Assembly: GCA_051362555.1 (NCBI GenBank)
Contig: CM120646.1
Location: 20,522,001-20,586,000, forward strand
DNA length: 64,000 nt
Direction: 5' to 3'
From: Lingula anatina
Lineage: Eukaryota; Animalia; Brachiopoda
Shown here: positions 11,099 to 25,100 of the stretch, in pieces
Numbering within the stretch: the first letter of the stretch is position 1
Layout of the letters: each line of letters begins with the position of its first letter
The notes under the pieces: model-generated
Seen by the model: the letters and a program-made list of their open reading frames with translations, nothing else
The model's database searches: none
Told to the model about the DNA's origin: nothing
Program-made: the position numbers and the translations under genes

Positions 11099-14000
11099 CT
11101 AGGACCATATTCGGACGGTGAGGTCACTTCCTCCGGACACCAGATAGTCTCCTTTCTTGTCAAAGACCAGACCCTGCACACCGTCTTCGTGGCCCACCAG
11201 TGGCGTGATCTGCAGAGAGATGGCGGAACAAGATATAATATATAAAACAGTTGACCAGGATAATGAACAATATAACAATTATACACAAGGCACAGGGACA
11301 AAAAAATTGCTTGGTTTTATTTCACTTTGTCTGTTTTATTATTTTTCCTCCTATTTTTACAAGTCTGGGGATTATGACTGGTGAATGTATTTATGCCCTG
11401 GGAGTTTTAAAAAACATCAGAAGCAGGCACTATTTTTATAATATAATATAATATAATATAACATAATATAATATAATATAATATAATATAATATAATATA
11501 ATATAATATAATATAATATAATATAATCACCTGTCCAGTGGCCACTTCATACATCTTTATGGTGGCATCATTGCTGCCAATTGCTAGGACCATTCCTGGT
11601 GAAATAATGAATAAAGAATAATAATGGAATAATTATTTCTTAACAAATGTATCTCAAACTCGATGTGATGCTTGTCACAGTTTATCGCCGCTGGTGGGTA
11701 CTAGGTGTGGCTCAAAGGGGGGGTGACACAGGCACATCTTAAATAATTTTTTTTAAATTCCCATTAAAAAATGAATACAAAATACAGTAAGTACAGGTAT
11801 ATATATACTAGACTTAGTATATGTACTGTAGTTGCTGAATTGGAAGAAAAATACAAGACTTTTTTTGATGATGAAATATAAAATATATAAAGCAAAGAAA
11901 ACATAATTTAGGGAATAATATGCAGTTATCAGCCAAAAATTACAAATATAAATGACCCTTTTTTTCATAAATATTTGGTATTGTGATCTTACCTGAAGGA
12001 TCAAAGGCCACCCTATTAGCTGGGTAGGGTCCCACGTCTACTGTAGTCATGGGTGCCACAGTGCGCACATCCCACAACTTAATGATGCCATACGAATCAC
12101 ACGAAGCAATAGTATCACCCTGCAAAAGAATCAAACATAGTAGCAAATTCACATATAATTAAGCAAATAGCAAAAGTATATAAAAATATATGTATGTGTA
12201 CAACAAGGACTTCAGGTTGGATTATAAAATTATTGAGAATTAAGTTATCCTTGTAATTTTCATAGAAAGCCACTCACCTTGAGATTGAAGACACAGTGGT
12301 TGATGGAGTGCATGTGACCATAGAAGGTCTGGGCACACAATCCCTGAAATGACAGGAAAACATTAGATGTGGCACCTATACAGCCAGCTATGTGAACAGT
12401 TTTTCTTTGTTCTATTCATCCATATTCTTTAAAAAGGATAAATTGATTTTTACTACTACTACTACTACTACTACTACTACAAAAAAAATCTATAATGAAT
12501 ACTTTTAATTAAAAATAAACACCTTTTCAAAGATTTCATGGATTATTTAATTACTGAACAGTGAAACCAATTTGGATAAAAAATTCATAACATGGTCTAA
12601 AAAACATTCAATTTTGCTAAAATGAATCCAGAAGGAATTCCACCAAATCAGAAACATGTGTATCTAGGTCAAGCGTTGGCCAGACTTACCGTCCTGGCGT
12701 CCCACAGTGACAGAGTCTTGTCAGCGGAACATGTGGCCAGTGTGTTGGAGAATGGCAGGAACTCGATACTGTTCACAGAGTCAGCATGGCCGCGCAGAGT
12801 AAACCGGCAACGTAAACTGGAGACAAAGATATATTATTATATTTTATTATAAAAAGATTAAATATTATATACAGCATGAGCTACATGTACTGACAATATG
12901 ATCTGAGCAAGGAATAGTAATGTAATAGTAATATGCCTGTGCATATAATATAAATTAAAGCAGTGTACTCCACATTTAGTTAGGACTTTACTGTTTACCT
13001 GGCACTAAGATCTAATAAACAGATGGTATATTAGATCTTAGCCTGGCACTAGCAGATGGTGACAATGAACACATGGTAGGTACATTTTCAAAACAATACA
13101 AAGAGTTGTATTGTACATACTCAGTAGTAGGATGTAATTTTAGTTACTTTTCCTTGCTCAGATCAAACATTTGAGTAAAAATCTGTTTGAATATCTACAG
13201 CAATAACAGTCAAGGTAATTGAATTGGCACATCCATCCATTTTCTATGCTTCTATACAAGCAAAATATATGACTTTGTATGGTTAAGTAACACGTAATAC
13301 ATGTACTGTACTAGATGCACACCTATAGCTGCATATGTATACATGCTTTGCACAGCATGAGTGCATGTGCATGCAAATGCATGTGTGTGAGTGTGAATGT
13401 TTGTGTGTTCTCATATGTGTGTGTATGTGCGGTGTTACCTGTTGAGATCCCAGACTTTAGAAGTGTTATCCATGGAGCAAGTAGCCAGGAAATCCCCACA
13501 GGAATGCCATGAGCAGCCCCACACTGGGAAAGAACATAGATAGAAGGTATTACATAATTACTGCATATATCACACCAAAAAATCCATGAAACAAACAAAC
13601 TAAAGTCAAAACTAGGTCTTAATTTTAAGAATAAAATTTGGTCTCGTCAAAAAAACAAAAAAAAAAGGCAAGAGTGACTTAAATGGCCCTTTTACCATTA
13701 TACTATAAACACACAATGGCAGTATTGAAATGACAGCTAACTAGCTTATCACAACAAACAGTTGTACATGTGAACTGCCCTACCTGCATGGGTATGGTCC
13801 ATAAAGGTGTGCACACATTCCGCCTTGGCAAAGTCCCAGATCTTCACTGTGGTGTCTCCACTGGCTGTAGCCAGCTTGGCACCACTGGAAAAGACAAACA
13901 AAATATTGTTTATCATCAAAAGACATATAATAAACTGTAAGATGCTGTTGTATGGTCCTAAGCAATGTATATGGGGACATACAACAGCTATGTCAATCAT

Positions 14001-17000
14001 GACCTGGGAGTTGTTATGCACATCTAGGGCACCAATGAGAGATTTTCAATAATACAAAGGCACTAATTTTTTCCTAACAGAAAAGTCATAAAAATTCACT
14101 ACTTGCCAATTGGTTCTTTTTCCCACAAAAAAAGCCACCGCTCAACAGGCATGGTTGGAGGGATTTCCTTTTTTTGCCATAAAAGTCTTCAATTAATTGG
14201 CAACTACTTAATATGAGGGGTGGAAGTCACAGTCAGACACCTACTCTGTGTGGTGCTATTTTCTGCAAAAACGCCACTGAACAAAAGGTGTGGCTGAAGG
14301 TGATTTTTTTGCTGAGAAAGTCTGAAATCAACTCGCAATTACTGCAGCACCACTTACGAGGGGTGGAAGTCACAGTCGGACACCCAGTCTGTGTGGCCCT
14401 CTCCTGTCATAATGATGTCCCCACTGGGAACAGCCCACAGCTTCCAGGTGTGGTCATCACTGGTGGTCGCCAGGATCTGCTTGCGAGGGTGGACAGCAAC
14501 GCTGAGGGTGGAATTAATCTGAGGTTATTGTCTAGAATAACTATCATAATTATAATACATGTTACAAGTGCTACTGAAATCAATTTGATTAGTTCAAGCG
14601 AGTGGGAACTTAATTTTAAATGTTGGTGTGAGTGTATATATGTGTGTGTGTGTTTTTTGGGGTGGGAGGTGGGTTCATCTTATTCCCCCTGATTCTTGAA
14701 GTTATGAGTAAATTTTTTGTAATTATAGCTACTAGTGAAAGAAAAAAAAATTAAGATGGCACCTTGTTTTCCTAACCCTTGTGAATATGGTTAAAAAAAG
14801 ATTGAGGCTATTCACAATTAAGGCTGTTTCTTCGACTTTAACCCCTGAAACTCTGACAAAAAAAATGACAACCAATTTATCTTCTACATCAGACTTAATC
14901 TGCATAGACCTAACCTGACGACTTACCTGCTGACTGCGTTAGAATGGGCCTGGAATGTGGTGGACAGCCGGAACCCTCCCGTCCTGGTCAAGTGTCCAGA
15001 GGGTGCCTTGACCTGGGTCAGGTAGGGGTTGACCCCAGTGTCGGGGGGGAAGGGGGTATCCTGGAATGATGCAAAACAGGTGTGATAAAATTAACAATGA
15101 CATAGGAATAAAAATATAAATAATGAATTTAATGTAGTGAGGTATAAATGGTACAAAGTTGCATTTGCCAGTTCTTTACATTATAAAACATTACACTAAT
15201 ATTACAGATGTTATGCATAAAACAAAAATGTAAATATCATGAAAAAAAAATAAGCATATTGTGTAAATGCCAACAAACAGAACATAAAAGCGCAGGAGAC
15301 TAAAAGGCTTTTAAACCAGACAGAGACACTTTGACAGTCTTTAAAGTGGCCACCAGTACATTTTAGCCTATGTTCAGTTGCACTGTACGTTGTTGTAAAT
15401 AAATGCAAATAATTTGTGGAGAAAAAAATGAAATTATATTGGATGACGAGGGACAAATTAATTTGCCATTAATTTCACCAAATACTCTTTATAACCAAAA
15501 GGAATAATAAGTAAAACCAGGTGTATTACATTAGGATGTGAGCTGGATGGTGGCAGGGACTCCTCCATGGTTTTAGATCTTCTCCTCTCCTCTGCTACTG
15601 CTCTCTGTGTGGGTCCTCTGCCCTCCTTGTCTACATACAGCACTGTCCCCTTCTCACACAGCCTGGTGGAACGTGCACTCAACTCTGGAAGATGAGAAGA
15701 TTCTAGGCTGAATGCAAATTATTCTGAGACCTATCATGATTTTGCTTTCTTTCTACCTCTTTTTTTTTTTTTCAATAATGCTACATGTTTGTATTGTATT
15801 GTATGTATTTAGACCAATGGAGACATGCATATCACTGTAAAATAATTAATAAAAATAATTAAAAGTTGCTTTTTTCCCTAAATTTAGCCATTTGAAGAAA
15901 AATGAATAATAAACAAAATAATGAATGAATGCATATAAATCTAGAACAATTACTTAAAAGATGACTATACAGTGATACTCAAATACGTATACCCTACCTG
16001 ACGTTTTTTCAGCAGAGGTCCCGCGATAAGCCTCCATGTTTCTGAGCGTGCTCTGTAGGCCTGTCACCTGACCCATAGCACGGTCGCGCTCTAACTTTGT
16101 CAACATTTTTTCCTTCATGGCCACCTCATATTTCTGCTTTAGTTGTCTCAGAGTCGGCTCATAAGAAGTGTAATGCTTCTTCAGTCTGAAGGTAAGAGGT
16201 TATATAATATCTAGTCATACCAGTACATCTACTGGGTTATTTACATTTTGTATACATAGTACTAGTACACATGACATTGTATATTTGCTTTCTGCTTGAA
16301 TATTACAAATAGATTGAAGAACCTGCTCTTTTTAAACATGACATTGTACTATGTACATTTGAAGTACACACGTCATGTAGTATCTAATTTTTTGAAAACT
16401 CATTAATCTGGAATACTTGCTTGTATTAACACATTTATTAATTTCAAAAACATCTCATTTCAGAATTGAATGAAAGATAAACTGTTCTTTACAGAAAACA
16501 TTATTAAGATATAATTAGTTTGTGTAGACACATAATAAGTAGGAGTCTACCAGAACTAAGGCTGTTACATGTAGTAACAGTTTTCAATTTCTCCCACATA
16601 AAATGCCATAATTACCTTTTGATATCTGTAATAAGCTTGTTCTTCTCTTGCACGACCCGTTTGTGGTGCATGCGATGGTAATCTCGTTCTTTTCGCAACT
16701 TGACATAAGTGTCTTTGGCTTTCCTGTAATGACAAAATAGTATTTTAATGACAGGGATTATATAACACACGGTGACAGTAAATAGGATCTGCATGGTCAT
16801 CTTAATGGGAGATGCATGTAGGTACATGTACACTTGTATGCTGTTAATATGGGCAAAATTGGTCAAAATAGCTTTTCTCCTATTTCTGTCATGTAAAATA
16901 CCTAGACTAGATATAAATACTATAAAATTAAACACTTTGAGCAAATTTTCCCTTTTTCGTTGTTTAATTCACCACCCCACAAGCTTCTGTTTTTAATCTC

Positions 17001-18316
17001 TGCCCCTGTTTATTGTTAATTTAACTGCTTTGTAAATTGACTTAAGATAGTGATCAGTTTGCGGTGTAACTCTGTAACTACATGTGATTCAAATATCATC
17101 ATGAAAATTGGTGTGGTTGATGACAAAGATGAGATCTACAATTTGTTACCAGCATTTGCCTTTGAAATTTTTTGTTCATGAGATATGAGCCATAATTAAG
17201 AAGTTCCATCAAACAAAGTCATTATTTCACCTCTTTACTGATAAAATCAGAAAAAAAAACATTGAAAAAGAAACCTTGGCACAAAATTGTAGAACTTATA
17301 ATATTGTAGAACTTAAACAGGCTTTGAAACGATGTTGATAGATGTATATGTTCAAGTGAGAGGAGATCTGCTTAAATTCGAAAACAATTTTCAACACAAA
17401 ACCACTGCTGTTGTGTCATCATCAAATTCATCTTGATGTATTTTTGATGTGAAAGCATTATCTCATAACATGACAAGGTTTATTAACTTTATATCTGCAT
17501 TATCTGAGCAGATAAGAAAATAGATCTTTATGTACTAATTCCCCTAAACTACATAAATCTTCATGTTATTGTGGTTTATTAAACTGGCCAAAATGCAAGG
17601 ATTGGCGTGATTCTATGTGGGCTAATGAGAGCTAGGCTGAGGTGTAATCAAGTGATCAAAATGTTTACATGTTGCTAATTACTGATAACAATTTGAAGTC
17701 ATTTCTTTGTCTTCAATCAAGTTCACTGTATACAAAGTATTCATGTACATGTACCAAGCTATCCTAAGTCCTTAAAAAGAAATCAAATCTCATTTCTCCC
17801 AAATAAATACCAAGGGAATCAATTTATTTTCATTGGGAGAGATATTGCAGTGACAAAGGAAGAGCACAGAGACACAGCCATATTCCCATAAACCTAGATG
17901 TTTACTCCACAGGCTTGGAAGCAAAACGTTTCTACCCAAACTAGAGGGGAGTGGAGTGGAGTAGGAGAATGGTCACACTGGAATAGAGCCCTAGTTCAGT
18001 CACTTACAGGGCAGCCTCCTTGTATTTGTCCACTTCTTTCCTCAGGTGTTTTACTTCACTGTCCAGCTGCTGGTTCTTGGTGTAGATGTCCGGCACCACC
18101 CCAATGTCCTCCTCATTCAGCTCTCCTTTCTGCTGGAGCTCATACCTGACAGAGAGAGGGTATAACTTCATGTAATAATATACTAAGAGAGATCATACCT
18201 AACAGAAAGAGGGTGACACTTCATAAAATTATTGTATACAAGGGCTCTGGTGGTGGTGGTGGTAATTTTAAGCACTGACAGACTCAAGATTTTTATTTTA
18301 TTTATTTATTCTATTT

Positions 18317-18347
<31 letters not shown>

Positions 18348-19567
18348 TTTTTCGTGGGGGGGAAGGGAGAAATAAAAAAAATTACCTTGCACTTTAAATA
18401 TAAAAAGTTAACAAGAGCAATTTTATTGTAATAAACAAGGCACAGGCCTTACATGGAAATATCCTAGGTTTTGTTTCATTTCACTTGTCTAACTATAATT
18501 ATATTTTTTCCTTTTCTTCCCAAGTAGCTGTCAGTCTAGTTTAGCTATTTCTGATTATTTAAACCAAGCTCAATATCCTCAGCCAAAGTATAGTAGACTT
18601 AGTCTAATTTTTTTCAGGATGAAAAGCTAAGACTAACATTTGATAACTGTGTAGTAAATAGTTTTAATTATACTAGTAAGCATGGAGAATCTGTTTAAAA
18701 TGAAAAATTGTCTGAACAGAGTATATTTACCATTCTGTCTGAAAGTAGTCCAGTGTTTTGTACAAATTCATTTTCACCAGGAAGTTCCTGACAAAGTCAT
18801 CGACCACCTCTGGCTTGGTGGACACTGAGGCTCGGGGAGGCGCACTCTTCTTTTCCTGGAAATCAAAATAATTTTTTAAAAATAAAGTAGAGAATATACA
18901 ATTATTTCTCTAATTTTGTGAAAATATAAAATAAATAATTTTTGCTAAATACTTGAAAATAAGCTTTTTGGCATCTTCCTTATAGTCTATTTTTTCCAAG
19001 TAAAAGGGCAAATTTTAAGTATCAAAATAACATTCGCTTCCACCACATAGAACACAAGCCTGCAGCTCATTATACAGAACAATCACATGTTCATCAAGTG
19101 CCTGGCCAAAACACTCAGCATATTACTGCACAAATTGCTTCTCCTCTACAGCATAAGCTCAACTGGATCATGTAAAACAAAAATGAAAAACCAAACAAAT
19201 AGCTATAATTACCGTTGCCTGGGTATCCTCTTGTGATTCTCGTATGGTCCTAACAGCAGCATCAAGATCATCATCTAACTCTGAAAGAAAAAAGAAAATG
19301 GATGATAAATGGAGACACAATGATTGCATATACCCGTACGTTTGTACATATAATTTAAGACATTTAATGGAAACCATCCTAAATTGCAGAAGCCAGGCAA
19401 TTCCATCTATTTTGACTTTCCATCTACTTCGAATTCTTTAACAAAACTGAATAATAGTTTAATAGTTCAATGAAGAGTGGCAAAGAAACATGTACATGTA
19501 CCTGATGTTCTGGTTGGAAGCAAAATGTAACATTTAGTGTTTACAGTTTGTCCGTGTGTGTGTATGT

Positions 19568-19602
<35 letters not shown>

Positions 19603-20318
19603 GGGTGATGAGGGAGGTAATCATCCTGCATGATGTTGTGATATATGATGGCAGTGTTTCATAGATAACATAAGAATTAAATGTTTTGCTATCTAACAGT
19701 GAAATCAATGGCTGCAGAAAAATATTGAAAAATTGATTTTTAAAATAATAGGACATTTATTGTGAGCTTACCAACAAAATCTTCATCGATAGGCACCTCT
19801 TCATATTGGTAATCTTCATCAGACTCATATACTATTTCCTGATCTGAGGATACTGTTAAGGATACCCAACAATCTTACACATAACTAAACAAAAATAAAA
19901 ACAAAAGCAAAAAAGGACATGCATTTAAAGCAGCATGAAAATTAAATGTGTCAGTTTAGAAATCGAGTCGCTTTGCAAATTTTTCAGGAATAAAACTGTA
20001 AATGTTATGCAAGTCACACTGAAAATAATCTTTAGCAGTTACAACTGAAGAACTGGAGTAAGAATAGCTGCTAATTTAGCTTTTCTTTGAATAAACTACA
20101 AGTGTAGTAATAACTTTGGCTTGTCACTGATGCCAATGGAAATAAAGGTTTGATGAATGTAAGATGCATAACATATATATATCAAAAATCACCAATTCGT
20201 GAGTATTAAAGTAAATGTCTTCATATTTTCAATAGGAAACATCCTTAAACGACAAAACACTTAGCATAATAGCAAAAAGGATACGTTCTAAGTAGAATGC
20301 TCGATCTTCGGCAGCCAT
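11099..20318 (-). CDS. SPAG16: Sperm-associated antigen 16 (PF20 orthologue; axonemal central-pair WD40 protein), ~615 aa
   Basis: 17 phase-consistent exons: 20285-20318, 19772-19843, 19213-19280, 18731-18855, 18008-18145, 16616-16723, 15998-16185, 15530-15684, 14927-15060, 14358-14501, 13784-13884, 13439-13523, 12690-12816, 12278-12343, 11993-12119, 11531-11595, 11099-11209. Signatures EVVDDFVRNFLVKMNLYKTLDYFQTEWYE, KLRKERDYHRMHHKRVVQEKNKLI, then a coiled coil and WD40 repeats (GHTDWVSDCDFHPSG, ATASGDTTVKIWD). Confidence 0.95.
11437..11527. repeat. (ATATA)n pentanucleotide microsatellite next to a SPAG16 donor site
   Basis: ataatataatataat... run seen directly. Confidence 0.9.
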
Positions 20319-20362
20319 CTTGTTTGCCTTTCGTTGCTATGTCAGAGCAGTGCGCACGCGCA
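20309..20362 (-). promoter_or_regulatory. SPAG16 proximal motif cluster (YY1-like, FOX-like, RFX half X-box, NRF1-like)
   Basis: Minus strand CAAGATGGCTGCC over the ATG; tgtttgc 20321-20327; gttgctatg 20333-20341; tgcgcacgcgca 20351-20362 (matches YGCGCAYGCGCR). Motif matches only. Confidence 0.5.
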
Positions 20363-20451
20363 AACTACGACTTCCTCTTAAGTGCCTTTGGTGTCCTTGG
20401 AGTGTGACGTTGGGATGATGGGGATGGGTATATTTTTAGTTGTAGGCTAGT

Positions 20452-20493
<42 letters not shown>
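20452..20493. repeat. (GA)n microsatellite
   Basis: Direct reading. Confidence 0.9.
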
Positions 20494-20494
<1 letters not shown>

Positions 20495-21619
20495 CCTTGT
20501 TGTACAGAGAAAAAAGATCTGTTGTACAGAGAAAAAAGATCAAGCGCATGCCCAAGCTGCACCTACCTTCAATTTTAAGATTATTTTAATTAAAATAATT
20601 AAAATTAAAGTTTGGGCGATTTTTTCAGTGGGCCTACTGAATGTTCGAAGTTAAGGGTTGTGATTGGTGAAATTAGAAACACGACAGCAAGGTTATAGGC
20701 CTACAGTTAAAGATGCACAGTCAATTTTTTGCCACAAAAGCCAACCAAATGCAAGCATACCGTTTCAAGTAGTATTAGGCCTACTAAGAAAATAACGGCA
20801 TTTTTTAATTTTACCCCCCAAAAATTATATTTGGACGGATTTTTCTGCTAGCATTCTATGTTGTATATCCATGGGACAGAAAAGTAGGTCAGGAAAGTAG
20901 TTTCTGGTCAAACATTTAAAGAAAGGAGCAGTTTGAAGCTCTTTTATGGCTCAACGAGTGATTTATTCAGTTTATCCCTTGGCAAGTCGAATTTATCTGA
21001 GTCGTATAAGAAACTAGTAGAAGCGGTTTATATATATGTTACTGGGGATCCACCCTCCACCGATGCTCGGTTCATACAGTACGAACGAAATTGTTTCCTT
21101 GCCTAATCGCACGTATTTGTCACCTATGCGGGCCTGTAGGCCTAAATTAATTATGTGAGGCACTAGGCTCTATACATATAGTTTTCCTTTTGTGAGCCGA
21201 ACAAAATTGTTTTCTTTTATGACTTTGAAATAAGCTATGAATTTGATGAAAATCTGGTGCCTGAACATGACAAAGACAAGTTAATTTCAGGGAGAATCGA
21301 AATGAAAGATCTGCCAAGTATTAAATTATTATTTTTAAAAAAGAAAAAAAAATACGTTTTATATATCTTTTGCAAGTTGTTTATTATTCTTATAGTGACT
21401 CAATAATTTAGATCTATGGCTGCTTATTGTGATGAAATGAATTTTAAATAAAGTTGTTTTTTTTTTTCAGTCTAAATTTGTTTCATTCACAAAGCTATTG
21501 AAAATTGATATGCATCAGACAAATAGACTGTAAAGAAATAGTTCTATAAAAAGGAAAAGTTAGCGAATTTTTGACCCAAACCTGTGATTGATTAGCATAA
21601 TAATACTTAAATAAGGATA

Positions 21620-21895
21620 AATGGCCCACGAGAGTCCGTTACCCGTTTACAATTGCCATGCAATGTCCGTACGCCGAGGGGATAGCGCAATGCCATCTCG
21701 GTATTTTTTACGGTCTACGGGCTTACGATTTTAAAAATTGTCTATAGTTACAGCTTGACAAAATCGTAGAGACTGCGGAGGCCTTAAATCCGTGCGATTC
21801 CGTGCGATTTCGCACGGCCACCGTCTACCTCCGCTCAGACGCCGTACGAAAAGTGAATTACGGGCATTATACGTACATCGTACGGCCTCGCATTT
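21620..21895. mobile_element. Putative non-autonomous DNA transposon fragment (CpG-rich, many cgtac/tacg subrepeats)
   Basis: Abrupt CpG-rich island in AT-rich DNA with short repeated motifs (ccgtgcgatt x2, cgtacg, aaatcgtag); no spliceable coding frame. Family not identified. Confidence 0.45.
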
Positions 21896-22151
21896 CAAAT
21901 TTAAACTCCATTTTACAACCATCTTTTGCCAACTTTATTTATACATCGCAAATCCTGTACTTGGGCTTGTTGGCCAAAATTATCAGTAGACAATATCTGA
22001 TATCGAAGAACTCCTCTTTTCATGATTGCATGTAATAAAGTCAGAGCTGTTCTGAATCTTGAATATGATATATCAATACATAAGGTCCTTTGATAAGGAA
22101 GTCACAAGGAGGAAAAAGACAAGGTACTGCTTCTCATTTACCGCAGGGTAT

Positions 22152-25100
22152 CTATTCTTCATAGGGCTCCCCGAAAACCACGAGAAACGCGGATCCAGAA
22201 AATGAAAGGCCGGGGCAGACAGCCCTCCCGCACTCGAGCGACAGCTGCACGTCGTCAGGCTTGGTTCTCACGCCCTGCTGCCTTTGCCAGCTACGCACTA
22301 TGTTCCCCGGTAGCTGCACCTTCAGGCAGATATGGTGCCCACAGGTCGCAGGATTACACAACGGGGACACGCTCACACGGCACCGAATTCTGACCGGTCC
22401 GAGCCACCGCGGCAGTCCAGCTTCCAGACCACAGGAGACGGGAGGGATTTGCCCGCTGCGAAGATGGATGGGAAGAGTGACTGGGACATAGAGTTCTCCT
22501 CGAGTTGGAAAGGGTGATTTCTCAAAACGGACGTCGAATGTAGCAAACTGGTCTCGCCTGTTGTTAACATCTGTAGAGGTAAAAGTTGTATTAGCATTTT
22601 TTGTGTTTTATTATATGATTATAGACTTTGTGTTTTGGGCATCTCTGGGATATATTCTATTCCAAGGTGAAACCTCTACCGTCGGCGTCGGTCAATTATC
22701 CCAGCTTCGGGTCGAATATGTTCCCGAGATGATCACACTCAGAGTCAATTATTATATTATATTATATTATATTATATTATATTATATTATATTATATTAT
22801 ATTATATTATATTATTGCGCGAAAAAGTTGACCTCATCATAGTTTCAGCTATACATTAGATTTTTTTCATTAATCTCACGTATATTGAAAACAATATACC
22901 AAGCCAAACATTCTCTAATAACTCGTCTGTGGTAAACCCGAAACATAAAACCACACTGCTTTCATTTTCACCTGAGCATGAATGTAAAAAGTGCCTATTA
23001 TTGACACATTTTGAATAATAGAGGGAAATACCAAGAGTACATGGAACACACGAATTGTGTGGGAAGCACACTCGCATAAATTTGCGTTTAGTAAAGTGTT
23101 TCTAAGCCGTGATTTTGTTTCACTTTGGAACAAAAAATAACTACAGTTCGTGGTGACTTCCTGGTGCAAGGAAACTGTAATAACGTGAGTCATGTGTTTT
23201 AGAATGACAGCTAATGATGTAGGCAGAGTGCGATATGAGACACATATACGTGCGGGTTATTAAAACCTCATGCCTTAACAGTTCTTAGGACTTACAAAAA
23301 CAGATACCACTGAAACTGTAACAAGGACATAAGTGATATTTTAAGACAGGGCCTCATAAACGATAATTGATGTCTTCTAAGGCGGCACGTACTTTCGACA
23401 TGGACCCAGGTAATTGTGTCACACACCCCGTGTTTGCAATTGATGGCTCAAAACATACATCTTCTGAACAGGTGCGCTCACTAGTGGTTTTCTTTTACTT
23501 ACTTAAACACATTTCCCTTACTATAATATATTACATAGATCTAGAACTTCCCTTCATCGAAATGTATATCTTTACTTTTTAATAAAATTACTAGAAGGTG
23601 TATATATATATATTAAGAAAATTTCTGCATGAATGAAATGCCGGTAAGTGTACAGGTATCGGCGGGTTAATACTGGACATTCTGACCACTACAACTTTAA
23701 ATATGGAAGCATGTAGAGTTCAGCCCAGGCCAGTGATAAAAATCAAGGTTTAACCTAGAAAAACTTCAAACTTGGCAGATTCATATATAATGGAGCATAT
23801 TTTGCACTTACCTGCCTAATCCCTTATCCAGACTATACTGTAGTTTCAAATTGCAAAAATAATACTTCGTCCAATGTATAAGCAAACTACCTTTGTCAAA
23901 ACTAGTCATATTACATAAATTATGATTGTGTTAGTCAGACTGATTAAACACCGGCCCATATCTGTCTGAATCTGATGCTGTTCGAAAATTAAGACAACAT
24001 TGACCCAAAAGCGCCTTTAACCCTAGTTACTCTTTGATCGACGGTCAAAACTATCTTGGCACAATCTCAGTGGCCCCACAGACCCGATGGCTATTTTTTT
24101 TTTTTTTTTTGGCTATCCTTAATCGGGCCACTGTCGATTCATGACAGGGTATCCCACAGCCCAGTCCAGCCCAGCCCCCCTCCACCCCCCACCCCCCCCC
24201 CCCCCTCCCAGCCAAATCAGAAATAGCTACCATTCACTTACTGGGCAACTTGTTCCTATAGGCTACCGAAGACTGCGGTGGGTTGGGCGTTAAGATCATT
24301 TGGCTCCTCATGTACGCTTCTCGGTTACATTCTGAGCTCAGTAAATGGGTCACCGTCAAAGGGCGGCTTCGGGGACCTAAGAAAATTGTAAATGATATTA
24401 AAAATCAATGCCAATGAATTTAAAAGTGCACAGTGAGAAAAAGACTTTTATGTAGTAAGTAAGAAAAAAGTTTTTTTTTAGAAATTTTAGCATGCTTGTC
24501 TTAATTACGAGGGCCTACCATATCCACAACTGTTCACAGATATGAAGGCCATAATATTGAGTTTTGAATTATTATTATTATTTAAAAGCTGAACGCGTAT
24601 TACTTGCGTTCATAACGATGAGAGATTGCCATTAACAGAAAATAATGTAAATCATATACTTTTTTTATTGACACAATACATCACGAATACATGACAATAC
24701 AAAAACAAACAAACACTCGCTCACACACTCACACATAAGAGATGTTATACTAAATAACACTTTTTAGTTAATTACATCTTCGTACGCTAAATATTCAAAT
24801 TGAAAATAACTTAATTATATTTGAATTGCACTGACAGATTGACTTATCTGTTTTCACCAGATATCTAAGCGATGAAATCAAACCTCCTAATGTTGGTTTA
24901 CCCTGTGAACATCTTCTTAAATAAATATAAAATTTAAATTGCAGCATAATGAGATTAATAATTGGAGAGAGACTCGTAGAGCCGACTAAACAATTCCTTT
25001 TTGAGACAGGTAAAGTAACTTGAGTATTAGATGATATATATTCTACCAAGTCGGTCAATAAATCATATACTTGAATTATAGTAAAAATATAGATACGAAC

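Noticed and set aside
14213-14692. 159-aa plus-strand ORF (also 39175-39444, 52877-53197, 54503-54916)
   Set aside because: Antisense shadows of real SPAG16, KLHL18 and HIBADH exons.
19568-19599. Poly-G run as a functional G-quadruplex (similar runs at ~24175, 28103, 33505)
   Set aside because: Homopolymer G/C tracts recur throughout the window with nothing locus-specific.
22136-22154. Stop read-through to a GTAAAT donor 10 nt after the TAG, leading to a mature TGF-beta exon
   Set aside because: No cystine-knot-coding exon found between 20500 and 22140, and a poly(A) signal follows; kept only as a test.
22561-22842. ORF with YYIIL repeats (and RERERE, IIIII, SLSLSL ORFs elsewhere)
   Set aside because: Translations of microsatellites.
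23805-23842. Strong minus-strand donor (CAG|GTAAGT) as an extra exon of the secreted gene
   Set aside because: Both nearby acceptors give an in-frame stop in the required phase.
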